From Mytilus edulis (lineage: Eukaryota): DNA of 64,000 nucleotides. The number at the start of each line of letters is the position of its first letter. Positions within the stretch are counted from its first letter, which is position 1. The position numbers were made by a program, and so were the translations under genes. Below, piece after piece: positions 25,737-38,042 of the stretch. Under the pieces are notes generated by a model, which did no database searches, had not been told where the DNA came from, and saw nothing but the letters and a program-made list of their open reading frames with translations. The DNA lies in assembly GCF_963676685.1 (NCBI RefSeq), contig NC_092353.1:20371307-20435306 (forward strand). Direction: 5' to 3'.

Positions 25737-28700
25737 TTGTGTCATGGATGGATATCCCATATCCTTTGTTTTGTCTATTAGGAATGTACTTGTGACATGG
25801 ATGGATAGACCATATCCTTTGTTTTGTCTATTAGGAATGTGTCATGGATGGATACCCCATATCCTTTGTATTGTCTATTAGGAATGTACTTGTGTCATGG
25901 ATGGATACCCCATATCCTTTGTTTTGTCTATTAGGAATGTGCTTGTGTCATGGATGGATACCCCATATCCTTTGTTTTGTCTATTAGGAATGTGCTTGTG
26001 TCATGGATGGATACCCCATATCCTTTGTTTTGTCTATTAGGAATGTACTTGTGACATGGATGGATACCCCATATCCTTTGTTTTGTCTATTAGGAATGTG
26101 CTTGTGTCATGGATAGATACCCCATATCCTTTGTTTTGTCTATTAGGAATGTACTTGTGTCATGGATGGATACCCCATATCCTTTGTTTTGTCTATTAGG
26201 AATGTGCTTGTGTCATGGATGGATACCCCATATCCTTTGTTTTGTCTATTAGGAATGTACTTGTGACATGGATGGATACCCCATATCCTTTGTATTGTCT
26301 ATTAGGAATGTACTTGTGTCATGTATGGATATCCCATATCCTTTGTATTGTCTATTAGGAATGTGCTTGTGTCATGTATGGATACCCCATATCCTTTGTT
26401 TTGTCTATTAGGAATGTACTTGTGTCATGGATGGATATCCCATATCCTTTGTATTGTCTATTAGGAATGTGCTTGTGTCATGGATGGATACCCCATATCC
26501 TTTTTTTGTCTATTAGGAATGTACTTGTGTCATGGATGGATATCCCATATCCTTTGTATTGTCTATTAGGAATGTGCTTGTGTCATGGATGGATACCCCA
26601 TATCCTTTGTTTTGTCTATTAGGAATGTACTTGTGTCATGGATGGATATCCCATATCCTTTGTATTGTCTATTAGGAATGTGCTTGTGTCATGGATGGAT
26701 ACCCCATATCCTTTGTTTTGTCTATTAGGAATGTGCTTGTGTCATGGATGGATAGCCCATATCCTTTGTATTGTCTATTAGGAATGTACTTGTGTCATGG
26801 ATGGATAGCCCATATCATTTGTTTTGTCTATTAGGAATGTACTTGTGACATGGATGGATAGACCATATCCTTTGTTTTGTCTATTAGGAATGTGTCATGG
26901 ATGGATACCCCATATCATTTGTATTGTCTATTAGGAATGTACTTGTGACATGGATGGATACCCCATATCATTTGTATTGTCTATTAGGAATGTACTTGTG
27001 TCATGGATGGATATCCCATATCATTTGTATTGTCTATTAGGAATGTACTTGTGACATGGATGGATAGACCATATCCTTTGTATTGTCTATTAGGAATGTA
27101 CTTGTGACATGGATGGATACCCCATATCATTTGTTTTGTCTATTAGGAATGTACTTGTGACATGGATGGATACCCCATATCATTTGTATTGTCTATTAGG
27201 AATGTACTTGTGACATGGATGGATAGACCATATCCTTTGTATTGTCTATTAGGAATGTACTTGTGTCATGGATGGATAGCCCATATCCTTTGTTTTGTCT
27301 ATTAGGAATGTACTTGTGACATGGATGGATACCCCATATCCTTTGTTTTGTCTATTAGGAATGTACTTGTGACATGGATGGATACCCCATATCATTTGTT
27401 TTGTCTATTAGAAATGTACTTGTGACATGGATGGATAGACCATATCCTTTGTTTTGTCTATTAGGAATGTGTCATGGATGGATACCCCATATCATTTGTA
27501 TTGTCTATTAGGAATGTACTTGTGACATGGATGGATACCCCATATCATTTGTATTGTCTATTAGGAATGTACTTGTGTCATGGATGGATACCCCATATCA
27601 TTTGTATTGTCTATTAGGAATGTACTTGTGACATGGATGGATACCCCATATCCTTTGTTTTGTCTATTAGGAATGTACTTGTGTCATGGATGGATACCCC
27701 ATATCATTTGTATTGTCTATTAGGAATGTACTTGTGACATGGATAGATACCCCATATCCTTTGTTTTGTCTATTAGGAATGTACTTGTGTCATGGATGGA
27801 TACCCCATATCATTTGTATTGTCTATTAGGAATGTACTTGTGTCATGGATGGATAGCCCATATCGTTTGTATTGTCTATTAGGAATGTACTTGTGTCATG
27901 TATGGATATCCCATATCCTTTGTATTGTCTATTAGGAATGTACTTGTGTCATGGATGGATATCCCATATCATTTGTATTGTCTATTAGGAATGTGCTTGT
28001 GACATGGATGGATACCCCATATCCTTTGTATTGTCTATTAGGAATGTGCTTGTGTCATGGATGGATTTCCATATCCTTTGTTTTGTCTATTAGGAATGTG
28101 CTTGTGACATGGATGGATATCCCATATCCTTTGTTTTGTCTATTAGGAATGTACTTGTGACATGGATGGATACCCCATATCATTCGTATTGTCTATTAGG
28201 AATGTACTTGTGACATGGATGGATACCCCATATCCTTTGTTTTGTCTATTAGGAATGTGTCATGGATGGATGTCCCATATCCTTTGTTTTGTCTATTAGG
28301 AATGTACTTGTGTCATGGATGGATACCCCATATCCTTTGTTTTGTCTATTAGGAATGTGTCATGGATGGATATCCCATATCCTTTGTTTTGTCTATTAGG
28401 AATGTGCTTGTGTCATGGATGGATACCCCATATCCTTTGTTTTGTCTATTAGGAATGTGCTTGTGACATGGATGGATACCCCATATCATTTGTTTTGTCT
28501 ATTAGGAATGTGCTTGTGACATGGATGGATACCCCATATCCTTTGTTTTGTCTATTAGGAATGTGCTTGTGACATGGATGGATACCCCATATCCTTTGTA
28601 TTGTCAATTAGGAATGTACTTGTGACATGGATGGATACCCCATATCCTTTGTTTTGTCTTTTAGGAATGTGCTTGTGTCATGGATGGATACCCCATATTA

Positions 28701-31073
28701 TTTGTTTTGTCTATTAGGAATGTACTTGTGACATGGATGGATACCCCATATCATTTGTTTTGTCTATTAGGAATGTGCTTGTGTCATGGATGGATAGCCC
28801 ATATCATTTGTTTTGTCTATTAGGAATGTACTTGTGACATGGATGGATACCCCATATCATTTGTATTGTCTATTAGGAATGTACTTGTGACATGGATGGA
28901 TACCCCATATCATTCGTATTGTCTATTAGGAATGTGCTTGTGTCATGGATGGATACCCCATATCCTTTGTATTGTCTATTAGGAATGTACTTGTGTCATG
29001 GATGGATAGCCCATATCATTTGTATTGTCTATTAGGAATGTACTTGTGACATGGATGGATATCCCATATCCTTTGTTTTGTCTATTAGGAATGTGCTTGT
29101 GACATGGATGGATACCCCATATCCTTTGTTTTGTCTATTAGGAATGTGTCATGGATGGATATCCCATATCCTTTGTTTTGTCTATTAGGAATGTACTTGT
29201 GTCATGGATGGATAGCCCATATCCTTTGTATTGTCTATTAGGAATGTACTTGTGTCATGGATGGATAGCCCATATCCTTTGTTTTGTCTATTAGGAATGT
29301 ACTTGTGACATGGATGGATACCCCATATCCTTTGTATTGTCTATTAGGAATGTACTTGTGTCATGGATGGATAGCCCATATCCTTTGTATTGTCTATTAG
29401 GAATGTACTTGTGACATGGATGGATACCCCATATCATTTGTATTGTCTATTAGGAATGTACTTGTGTCATGGATGGATAGCCCATATCATTTGTATTGTC
29501 TATTAGGAATGTACTTGTGACATGGATGGATAGCCCATATCATTTGTATTGTCTATTAGGAATGTACTTGTGTCATGGATAGATAGCCCATATCATTTGT
29601 ATTGTCTATTAGGAATGTACTTGTGACATGGATGGATACCCCATATCCTTTGTTTTGTCTATTAGGAATGTGCTTGTGACATGGATGGATACCCCATATC
29701 ATTTGTTTTGTCTATTAGGAATGTGCTTGTGACATGGATGGATAGCCCATATCATTTGTATTGTCTATTAGGAATGTACTTGTGTCATGGATAGATACCC
29801 CATATCCTTTGTTTTGTCTATTAGGAATGTACTTGTGTCATGGATGGATAGCCCATATCCTTTGTATTGTCTATTAGGAATGTACTTGTGACATGGATGG
29901 ATACCCCATATCATTTGTTTTGTCTATTAGGAATGTACTTGTGACATGGATGGATACCCCATATCCTTTGTTTTGTCTATTAGGAATGTACTTGTGACAT
30001 GGATGGATACCCCATATCCTTTGTTTTGTCTATTAGGAATGTACTTGTGTCATGGATGGATAGCCCATATCCTTTGTATTGTCTATTAGGAATGTACTTG
30101 TGTCATGGATGGATACCCCATATCCTTTGTTTTGTCTATTAGGAATGTGCTTGTGACATGGATGGATACCCCATATCCTTTGTATTGTCTATTAGGAATG
30201 TACTTGTGACATGGATGGATACCCCATATCCTTTGTTTTGTCTTTTAGGAATGTGCTTGTGTCATGGATGGATACCCCATATCATTTGTTTTGTCTATTA
30301 GGAATGTACTTGTGACATGGATGGATACCCCATATCATTTGTTTTGTCTATTAGGAATGTGCTTGTGTCATGGATGGATAGCCCATATCATTTGTTTTGT
30401 CTATTAGGAATGTACTTGTGACATGGATGGATAGACCATATCCTTTGTTTTGTCTATTAGGAATGTGTCATGGATGGATACCCCATATCATTTGTATTGT
30501 CTATTAGGAATGTACTAGTGACATGGATGGATATCCCATATCATTTGTATTGTCTATTAGGAATGTACTTGTGACATGGATGGATAGACCATATCCTTTG
30601 TATTGTCTATTAGGAATGTGCTTGTGTCATGGATGGATAGCCCATATCCTTTGTTTTGTCTATTAGGAATGTGCTTGTGTCATGGATGGATATCCCATAT
30701 CCTTTGTATTGTCTATTAGGAATGTACTTGTGACATGGATGGATACCCCATATCATTTGTATTGTCTATTAGGAATGTACTTGTGTCATGGATGGATAGC
30801 CCATATCATTTGTTTTGTCTATTAGGAATGTACTTGTGTCATGGATGGATAGCCCATATCCTTTGTATTGTCTATTAGGAATGTACTTGTGTCATGGATG
30901 GATACCCCATATCCTTTGTATTGTCTATTAGGAATGTACTTGTGTCATGGATGGATAGCCCATATCCTTTGTATTGTCTATTAGGAATGTACTTGTGTCA
31001 TGGATGGATACCCCATATCCTTTGTATTGTCTATTAGGAATGTACTTGTGACATGGATGGATACCCCATATTA
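25737..31073. repeat. Satellite array: about 100 tandem copies of a 53-bp unit (GGATGGATACCCCATATCCTTTGTTTTGTCTATTAGGAATGTACTTGTGTCAT), with 47-bp deletion variants
   Basis: Strict 53-bp periodicity over 5.3 kb. Variant positions recur (ACCCC/AGCCC/ATCCC/AGACC, TCCTTT/TCATTT, GTTTTG/GTATTG, TACTTGTGA/TGCTTGTGT). Lies wholly inside the intron between PARP4-like exons 11 and 12. Confidence 0.95.
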
Positions 31074-31299
31074 TTTTTTAATACCAATCAAAATTCATTA
31101 AAAATCTTAAACATATTGATAACTTGTATTCTACATTTGTTGTTGCAAAGAAGCTACACAAGTAAAAGTATTACAAGGTCATGGTGGACCCCATTTATCA
31201 AGAATCTCTTGAAATTTTACATCTTTTCTTGGTGAAAAAAAAACCCCAATGTACTGGTTATATTAAACCATTAGAGGCTTTTGTTATTTGTCTGTGTAC

Positions 31300-31483
31300 C
31301 TGAAATTCTGAAGATTGATCTTCTGACGAAGCTACACCATGACAGCTATCATACCCCTCTGGAGGCCCCTGTAGATCTTTGTGGTATTCTGTGAAATCTT
31401 TACAGTTGCCAAGGGCAACATTGCTGACTAGCATCATTCTGGTTCCCTTACATTTACTTTGGTCTGAGTATTGTATACTAGTA
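31300..31483 (-). CDS. PARP4: PARP4-like exon 11: PARP catalytic domain core (TSIQYSDQSKCKGTRMMLVSNVALGNCKDFTEYHKDLQGPPEGYDSCHGVASSEDQSSEFQ)
   Basis: Acceptor ATTACAG, donor GTACAC. Its phase joins exon 10 (…YFASSA-S-TSIQYS…). Conserved VALG and GYDS(V/C)HG motifs of the PARP acceptor site. Confidence 0.85.
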
Positions 31484-31831
31484 CTGTAATATTAAAATAA
31501 ATCATATTATGTTTATCATTCTCTGACTTGAATCTTACATTATTTAATTACTTTATTTATTTGTATATCTTGTTGACTTTCATATACACGAAAGATAAAG
31601 AGCTTACCTACTAACATGTCCAGAACTTTTCAAATTTGAATAACCTTCAAATAACATTGAATCTAATCCCAAGATAGAAGGAAAATTTTCAGTTACACTT
31701 TATTCTCATTTCAAGAATTAAAATAAAGAAAAATTGATTGCCACGCAAATATCTAACATTGAAAACAAAATATGACAAAAGTCCATTTTGTTTTACAGAA
31801 TTTTATTTGAGTTAATTTGACCTCTACATAC

Positions 31832-31930
31832 CTAGCAGAGCTGGCAAAGTAGACACCATTTCCAAGCATTCCTGCATCTGTTCTGGTTCCACCAAAATCA
31901 TCAACAATTATTTTAGGCAAAAGTAAACCC
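31832..31930 (-). CDS. PARP4: PARP4-like exon 10: PARP catalytic domain (GLLLPKIIVDDFGGTRTDAGMLGNGVYFASSA)
   Basis: Acceptor TTTTAG, donor GTATGT. Contains the catalytic Tyr motif G-x-G-(I/V)-YFA, comparable to PARP1 GKGIYFAD. Confidence 0.85.
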
Positions 31931-32518
31931 CTAAAAAAGAAAGATTAATACTTGTCACAAAATTGTGGTATAAAGCAGTTACATCAATTTTGTCATATCA
32001 TGGTTTTTTTTATATGTATAATCTACAAATGTAATTTTTAATTTAAATATTTTTTCTATTCCAGAAAAAAAAAAGGATTGGCTATATCAGAAAATAATAG
32101 ATTGGTTGTTGGAAGGCACTATATGTATTAACACAGACATATTTTTAAGTTTTTTTTTTTTTTTCTAAATTATTATGTGCGGGAGATCTTTATAACATTG
32201 CCTTTCAATTCTTTGTTTCAATTTTCTTAGATATTTTGGCTTTGCAACAGGATGTTTACAACTGAAGTTGTAAAGATTCATATGATACTACTGTTGAAAG
32301 GCCGAATCTGAAAATCATGCAAATGAACCTGGTTATTTAGTTATCAATCATATTGTGTAAAATGTTAAGAGATTTGGTGATATGGTTCATAAAAATCCCT
32401 TAGAAACTAATGAATTATAATATTTTAATAATGAAAGGCAAATCTCTTCAATAGTACATTCAGATTCTACTATGGTCCTATTTATTTGGCCATTTGTGAT
32501 TAAATTAAAACTTTTTAC

Positions 32519-32659
32519 CTAGATAATATTCCAACAAAGTTCTGAACTTTTGATGCATGAAACAACAACTTCTGAGGTCTCAAATTTTTTCTAAAATTGT
32601 CTTCTTCTACTTGTCGATGAACACAGAAAACATTACTAATGCTGATCTCAGGACTTCCT
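32519..32659 (-). CDS. PARP4: PARP4-like exon 9: PARP catalytic domain start (GSPEISISNVFCVHRQVEEDNFRKNLRPQKLLFHASKVQNFVGILSR)
   Basis: Acceptor TTTCAG, donor GTAAAA. Contains LLFHAS (the H-G-S NAD-binding motif, here H-A-S) followed by N-x-x-GIL, comparable to PARP1 [23 protein letters not shown]. Confidence 0.85.
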
Positions 32660-33572
32660 CTGAAATAAAAAAGGGGAAGTAAATCAAAATCATTATCATA
32701 TTTCACTTATTTGATGATCAATTACTGATAAGTTGTAAATCCTGAACTGACCAGAAATAAACTTAATAGCTATACTACCCCTAAAAAACAAGCAAAATAC
32801 AACATATTGCCATTAATTTCTCAATGGCAGCTGATTCAAAGAATACAAATTGAAAAAAAATATCCATTGAGAAATGACTGGATGTAGAACATTTTTTTCA
32901 AACTTTTTCAGATGGGTGTCTTTCTGACACTATATAAATACATAAATCTTGTGGTACCATTAAAGCTTAACTACTTATATACAAGTAATAAAATTATTGA
33001 CTTTGATGTTTTCTCTTTAAGATTTTTATTAAATATTAACGTCCAAAAACACAATGACCAAAGAAAAAGACATCTAGAGGTGACTTTTAATCAGTATGAT
33101 AATCTAGAAATTGATACAAACATAAATCTGTTATTTCTTGGTAATCTCCTGCAATCAGTTGTTGGAGGAAAACTAAGGATTCATTTTAATTGTTTTGAAC
33201 CCATACATCATGATTTAATAAAGACCTAATTAATCAGGTTTTTGATTCTAAATATGTCCTAGAGATGACAATTACATATACTATAGAAGATTTGATTTGA
33301 TTTAATTTCTTGTGTTTAAATTCCACTTTTTAGCACCACTTTATGGCTATTTGGTAGCAGTTAGGAAATCTGACAATTCTAGTCAATTAAGATTTGAGTC
33401 AAGTGCACCTGCAGGAGCTACTAAGACCACTTGGCCTCTCCATCATAGAAGACAACAACCAGGTTTTATTGCACCCAAATTTCATTGATTACCATTGATA
33501 TATAAAAATACATTAAAATGTTATTGAATCATCATCAACAACAAAATAATGTATGATATCAAAAATACAAAC

Positions 33573-33733
33573 TGTTTGAGAGACTGTATAATGTGTTCCT
33601 TGATCAGTTTATATTCTGTATCTGTAATCTGTAAACCATCAAGTCTACATCGTAATGCTTTATACTTGGCCTCGGTACTACTTCTGGTCGACCAGTTTGT
33701 AGACTCACTCACAGCTACCATATCTTTAATCAT
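33573..33733 (-). CDS. PARP4: PARP4-like exon 8: end of the PARP regulatory (helical) domain (MIKDMVAVSESTNWSTRSSTEAKYKALRCRLDGLQITDTEYKLIKEHIIQSLKQ)
   Basis: Acceptor ATTTCAG at 33734-33739. The donor was placed at a weak GTTTGT site to keep phase with exon 9, so the 3' boundary is uncertain by a few nt. AKYKALRC motif as in the vertebrate PARP4 regulatory domain. Confidence 0.65.
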
Positions 33734-34052
33734 CTGAAATACATAATCTTAAAATACATACATCATGTCAAAAACATACACTAAAAATTTAAAGTCAGGA
33801 AACTAGTGATTTACCTCCTTTTGTAATAGGGAAATGATAAAAAGAAACATCTAATTTTGTAATAGAGCATTTCTTTACTCAGACTTACAAAATCTTCCTT
33901 CAAAATGTGTTTTTATTTTGTCCTGACATTTCTATATACAAGAACAATAAAGGTCACTAATTGTAATGGAAAATGAGTGAAGAAAGTTTTTCTGTATGAA
34001 TATTAACTAACATGACTCTTTTCTGTGGAAGTGTTTGGTTTTATGTGACATA

Positions 34053-34218
34053 ATTTTATATCATATATATTTTTACTTACCAGTCAAGGAATATACATAA
34101 GGATTATCTCCCTTACAACGTTCTCATAACTCGCAACACCTGGATGATTTCAAACATCTATCTAACATTGATCATCCGGGTGAATGCCTCCTCAGTTTAT
34201 CTTTCGGCGGCAACAAAA
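34053..34218 (+). repeat. DIRS-like element, left ITR (inner about 150 bp identical to the right ITR in inverse orientation; outer about 15 bp unique)
   Basis: TTTTTACTTACCAGTCAAGGAATATACATAAGGATTATCTCCC...CCTCAGTTTATC is the reverse complement of 39296-39447. Confidence 0.85.
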
Positions 34219-34312
34219 TAAGACGTTCTCACTTTGAGACTTTCTATTATAGTCTCGTCGTTGCAATTTTTATTTATGTACGTTTAATATTATCGTCCGC
34301 TCATATTGGACG

Positions 34313-35974
34313 ATGGCTGAAGAATATAGACACTCACTGACTGACGCAAATGCTGATTCAGATAGTGCAGGTGAAACGCCAACGGGTGATTTTCTCGTGA
34401 AAAAGATGGCGAGGACAACAAAAGACGCTTCTTCAAAGAAAAAGAAACGTGTGTCAAAGACGGCTGAACTTGAGAATAAGTTAAACAGTATGGAAGACAG
34501 GTTTGATAAGAAAATGGATATGTTATTTGCTGTTATGAACAAGTCATGTGCTACTATAGGTAGTTCGACTGTTGCACAGGTTTCTCAATCTGGTGGTTTA
34601 GCCACGCAGAGAGAACAAAGTTCGGATAACGTCCCAAGTACAGGGGAGCGTAGACCGGTAATTTCTTTGAATGCAAATCTTGATGAGGACTTGGGAAGTC
34701 CTAGAATCATCAGAAATATTGATTTTGACAATAGGTCAGAAATTTCTCTTCATATAGACAGTCGTGAAAAGGCTGATTTACTTGGTTTATGTTCATCAGA
34801 GGATGAATATTCTCGTGGCCTCAGTAGTCCTGTTTATTCTCAGGCTGGCAATAAATCTAGAAATGTTGAAAGATTTAGTCAATATCTACAAACTCAACCT
34901 ACTATTAGTAACAATGTTGAAAGTCAGTCAAATCAGAGACTAACAAGTAACATTGATAATAATAACAATAAAACTGTAGACAAGCAGTCAGATAATTTAA
35001 ATTTATTGTCTAAACTTTTCAAGGAAGATATTCCTTCAGAATCTTCTGATAATTCTGGTGGCTTGATCATTGATGAGGCACAGGTTAGAATTCTAGAACG
35101 TTCCTGGAGAACAAAAAATCCAGAGAAACTTACAGCTTATAAAGATGAATACCGTAGTTGTTTTCCGGTTAATGATAAATCTAAAAGCTTTTTGCAAGTA
35201 CCCAGTTTGGATGATTTATTAGAACCAATGATAAGAACTGTTCATGGTACAAATAGTGTTAAGTCATGGGACAAACATAAGCAGTTGGTTACTCAACCTT
35301 TAAAACAGATAGAGAATCTAGCCTATCAAGGGCAGGTGGCTTCACGTATGGGTATTATATCAGTGTTGTATATGCAACAAACATTAGGAACCTTATTAGA
35401 GAGGGTTGAAAATGAAAATGTTAGTGATGAAACTTGTCAAATGGTGAAGGACTTGTTTGCAATTTCGACAAAGTCTCTTGATCAGGTAGGACGCACAGGT
35501 GCGTTTAACCATATGATACGCAGGAAGGCTGCAGCTACTGAGTCTGGTTTAAATAACTTGAAAGATATACAGGCTAAAGTTTTGTATTTACCTCTTTCGA
35601 ATGAAGGTGTATTTGGTAAAGGTTTGGAAGACAAACTTGAGAAACGTAAAGAACAACGTGAGCAACTAGACGATCTGTTACCAGAGTATAAAAACAATAA
35701 TAAGAGAAAGTTTGAATCTACTCAGGTGCGTCAAGATTGGCAAAATAAAGCTCCTAGATATAGTTCTAACAATAGTTCTACTCATGTTAATTATAACAAT
35801 GCTAATTCAGCTGATAAACGTTCAGGTTTTAGTTATAATAAATCTTCTGTGAGATCTGCTCCTAGGAAGTTCCAGAAAGACAATAAAGCTGATGACTTTG
35901 GGAAAAAAGATAAAGAAAAGAAAGCAGGTGGCAACTGGAATTCTTTTCGGATCCCAAAGAAAAACAGTAGCTGA
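34313..35974 (+). CDS. DIRS-like ORF1 (gag-like, 553 aa; acidic N-terminus, basic, Ser/Asn-rich C-terminus)
   Basis: Long intact ORF immediately after the left ITR. Low-complexity, charged composition typical of DIRS gag-like ORF1. Overlaps ORF2 by about 80 nt in a different frame. Confidence 0.6.
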   Translation: MAEEYRHSLTDANADSDSAGETPTGDFLVKKMARTTKDASSKKKKRVSKTAELENKLNSMEDRFDKKMDMLFAVMNKSCATIGSSTVAQVSQSGGLATQREQSSDNVPSTGERRPVISLNANLDEDLGSPRIIRNIDFDNRSEISLHIDSREKADLLGLCSSEDEYSRGLSSPVYSQAGNKSRNVERFSQYLQTQPTISNNVESQSNQRLTSNIDNNNNKTVDKQSDNLNLLSKLFKEDIPSESSDNSGGLIIDEAQVRILERSWRTKNPEKLTAYKDEYRSCFPVNDKSKSFLQVPSLDDLLEPMIRTVHGTNSVKSWDKHKQLVTQPLKQIENLAYQGQVASRMGIISVLYMQQTLGTLLERVENENVSDETCQMVKDLFAISTKSLDQVGRTGAFNHMIRRKAAATESGLNNLKDIQAKVLYLPLSNEGVFGKGLEDKLEKRKEQREQLDDLLPEYKNNNKRKFESTQVRQDWQNKAPRYSSNNSSTHVNYNNANSADKRSGFSYNKSSVRSAPRKFQKDNKADDFGKKDKEKKAGGNWNSFRIPKKNSS

Positions 35975-38042
35975 CTCAGAGTTAAAGGTAATAATTTATC
36001 AGAATCAGGCCGAGATACCAGTTGGGGGTCGTCTAAGATTTTTTCGAGACAATTGGGAAAAAATAACAGACGATCAATGGGTCTTGTCAGTAATAGCAGA
36101 GGGTTACAAACTAGAGTTTCTAGAAATGCCATTTGGGACAGGCATACGGAAAACCTCTGTGTCTTTAAAAGACTCGGATATTTTAATCCAAGAAATAAAT
36201 ACTCTTATAGAAAAAGATGCTATAGAACCTGTTCGCCAGCAAGATGCAGCAACAGGTTTCTACAGTACGTTTTTTCTAGTCCCCAAAAAGAACGGGACAA
36301 TGAGACCAGTAATAAATCTCAGACCCCTCAACAGGTATCTCAAGAAAATACATTTCAAAATGGACACTCTCACAAAAGTATTAAACTTAGTAAAAATAGG
36401 AGACTGGGCCATTTCTCTGGATCTAAGCGATGCTTATTTACACATCCCAATTTTTCAGAAGCATCCCAAGTTTCTCAGATTTTCGGTTCAGAACCGGTGT
36501 TATCAGTGGAAAGTTCTTTGTTTCGGACCAACTTCGGCTCCGAGAGTCTTTACAAAAATGGTTTCCGTAGTAGCGGCTTTTTTGAGAACTCAAAATGTAA
36601 GACTAGTAGTATATCTAGACGATTGGCTAGTAGTCAATCAAAGCAAGAATCAATTATATCAAGATCGAAAGAAATGTCTCGATCTCCTAAATTCACTAGG
36701 TTTTCTCATCAACAGAGAAAAATCAAGTCTAGTGCCAACTCAAAACTTGATATACTTAGGGGGGCAGTTTCATTTGGACAAGGGACTTGTTTGCCCAACT
36801 CAGGAAAGAATAGACAAATTGAATATGGCAATACTAATTCTTTCATCAGGGAATGCAGTGTCAGCATTTCACTTCCTACAATTACTAGGCATAATGGCAT
36901 CTTGCATAGAGTTAATTCCGAATGCACGCTTGTTCATGAGACCGGTTCAACTACATCTCCTCTCATTTTGGAGACCAAGTTGTCAGGATCTTTCCATAAA
37001 GATCCCAGTTACACCACATCTGAAATCACATCTCAGTTGGTGGAAAGATTCAGCAAACACGCTGAGAGGCCAATATTTTCAACTGGCTCAAACCTCTGTA
37101 ACCATAACGACAGATGCTTCGAAAACCGGGTATGGGGGTTTTATGAACAATCAAATTTTTCAAGGGGAATGGTCAGAAATGCAGAGCAAGAAACATATAA
37201 ATTCCCTAGAATTGGAAGCAGTGTTTTTAACGCTGAAACACTTCCTAAATCAGTTGAAAGGTCAATATGTTCTGATAAGATCGGACAATACCACAGTGGT
37301 CCAATATATAAACAAACAAGGGGGGACGAAATCGCCCACTCTTTGCTACCAAACATGGGATTTATGGAATCTTGCAATTCAAAACAATATTCGAATGAAG
37401 GCTGCTCATATAACAGGAAAATTGAACATTTTAGCAGACCAACTCAGTCGAACCAAAATTCAACATACAGAATGGTCTCTGAACAAACTTGTGGTTCAGA
37501 ATCTATTTCAAATTTGGGGAACTCCTCTCATAGATTTATTTGCCTCAATAGACAATCGTCAGACAGAAATTTTTTGTTCATGGATCCCACATCAGAAAGC
37601 CTTAGCTCTGGATGCTTTGACAATTTCATGGGAGAGAATGTACGCCTATGCTTATCCCCCAATTTGTCTGATCCCAAAAGTCTTGCAATATATGAGGCAG
37701 TACCAGTGTCAGATTTTGTTGATAGCTCCCCAATGGCCACGGAGACATTGGTACCCAGAGCTGCTACAATTATTGATAGCAGTCCCCATCAGGATACCAG
37801 TAATTCCGGAATTGTTATGTCAACCGAAAACTCGGATTTATCATCCCAATCCACAAGTTTTCAAGCTGACTGCATGGCTTCTATCAACGAACGGTTTACA
37901 ACAGAAGGCTTTTCTAAAGGGGTTAGAGAGTTACTCTCCGCCTCATGGCGAAAAGGTACTCAAAAAGATTACTGCTCAAAATTCAGAAGGTTCAATAGCT
38001 GGTGTAGTACAAGGAAAATTGATCCCTATAAAATATCTTTAA
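35892..38042 (+). CDS. DIRS-like ORF2: reverse transcriptase, RNase H and a C-terminal DIRS-type domain (716 aa)
   Basis: RT motifs PVINLRPLN, LDLSDAYLHIP and VVYLDDWLV (YxDD box). RNase H motif ITTDASKTGYGG...HINSLELEAV. C-terminal conserved block LIDLFAS...AYAYPP...LLIAPQWP characteristic of DIRS elements. Confidence 0.85.
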   Translation: MTLGKKIKKRKQVATGILFGSQRKTVADSELKVIIYQNQAEIPVGGRLRFFRDNWEKITDDQWVLSVIAEGYKLEFLEMPFGTGIRKTSVSLKDSDILIQEINTLIEKDAIEPVRQQDAATGFYSTFFLVPKKNGTMRPVINLRPLNRYLKKIHFKMDTLTKVLNLVKIGDWAISLDLSDAYLHIPIFQKHPKFLRFSVQNRCYQWKVLCFGPTSAPRVFTKMVSVVAAFLRTQNVRLVVYLDDWLVVNQSKNQLYQDRKKCLDLLNSLGFLINREKSSLVPTQNLIYLGGQFHLDKGLVCPTQERIDKLNMAILILSSGNAVSAFHFLQLLGIMASCIELIPNARLFMRPVQLHLLSFWRPSCQDLSIKIPVTPHLKSHLSWWKDSANTLRGQYFQLAQTSVTITTDASKTGYGGFMNNQIFQGEWSEMQSKKHINSLELEAVFLTLKHFLNQLKGQYVLIRSDNTTVVQYINKQGGTKSPTLCYQTWDLWNLAIQNNIRMKAAHITGKLNILADQLSRTKIQHTEWSLNKLVVQNLFQIWGTPLIDLFASIDNRQTEIFCSWIPHQKALALDALTISWERMYAYAYPPICLIPKVLQYMRQYQCQILLIAPQWPRRHWYPELLQLLIAVPIRIPVIPELLCQPKTRIYHPNPQVFKLTAWLLSTNGLQQKAFLKGLESYSPPHGEKVLKKITAQNSEGSIAGVVQGKLIPIKYL

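Noticed and set aside
25737-31073. Regularly spaced repeats that could be mistaken for a CRISPR array; several small ORFs (e.g. 26374-26622, 27951-28160)
   Set aside because: The units are contiguous with no unique spacers and a 53-bp period; the genome is eukaryotic. This is satellite DNA. The ORFs are periodicity artefacts.
36053-37732. N-terminal 560 aa of the 940-aa ORF overlapping DIRS ORF2
   Set aside because: It is a low-complexity Ser/Arg-rich translation of the alternative frame of the RT gene. Only the C-terminal tyrosine-recombinase part (37733-38875) shows protein motifs. Extensive ORF2/ORF3 overlap is normal for DIRS elements.
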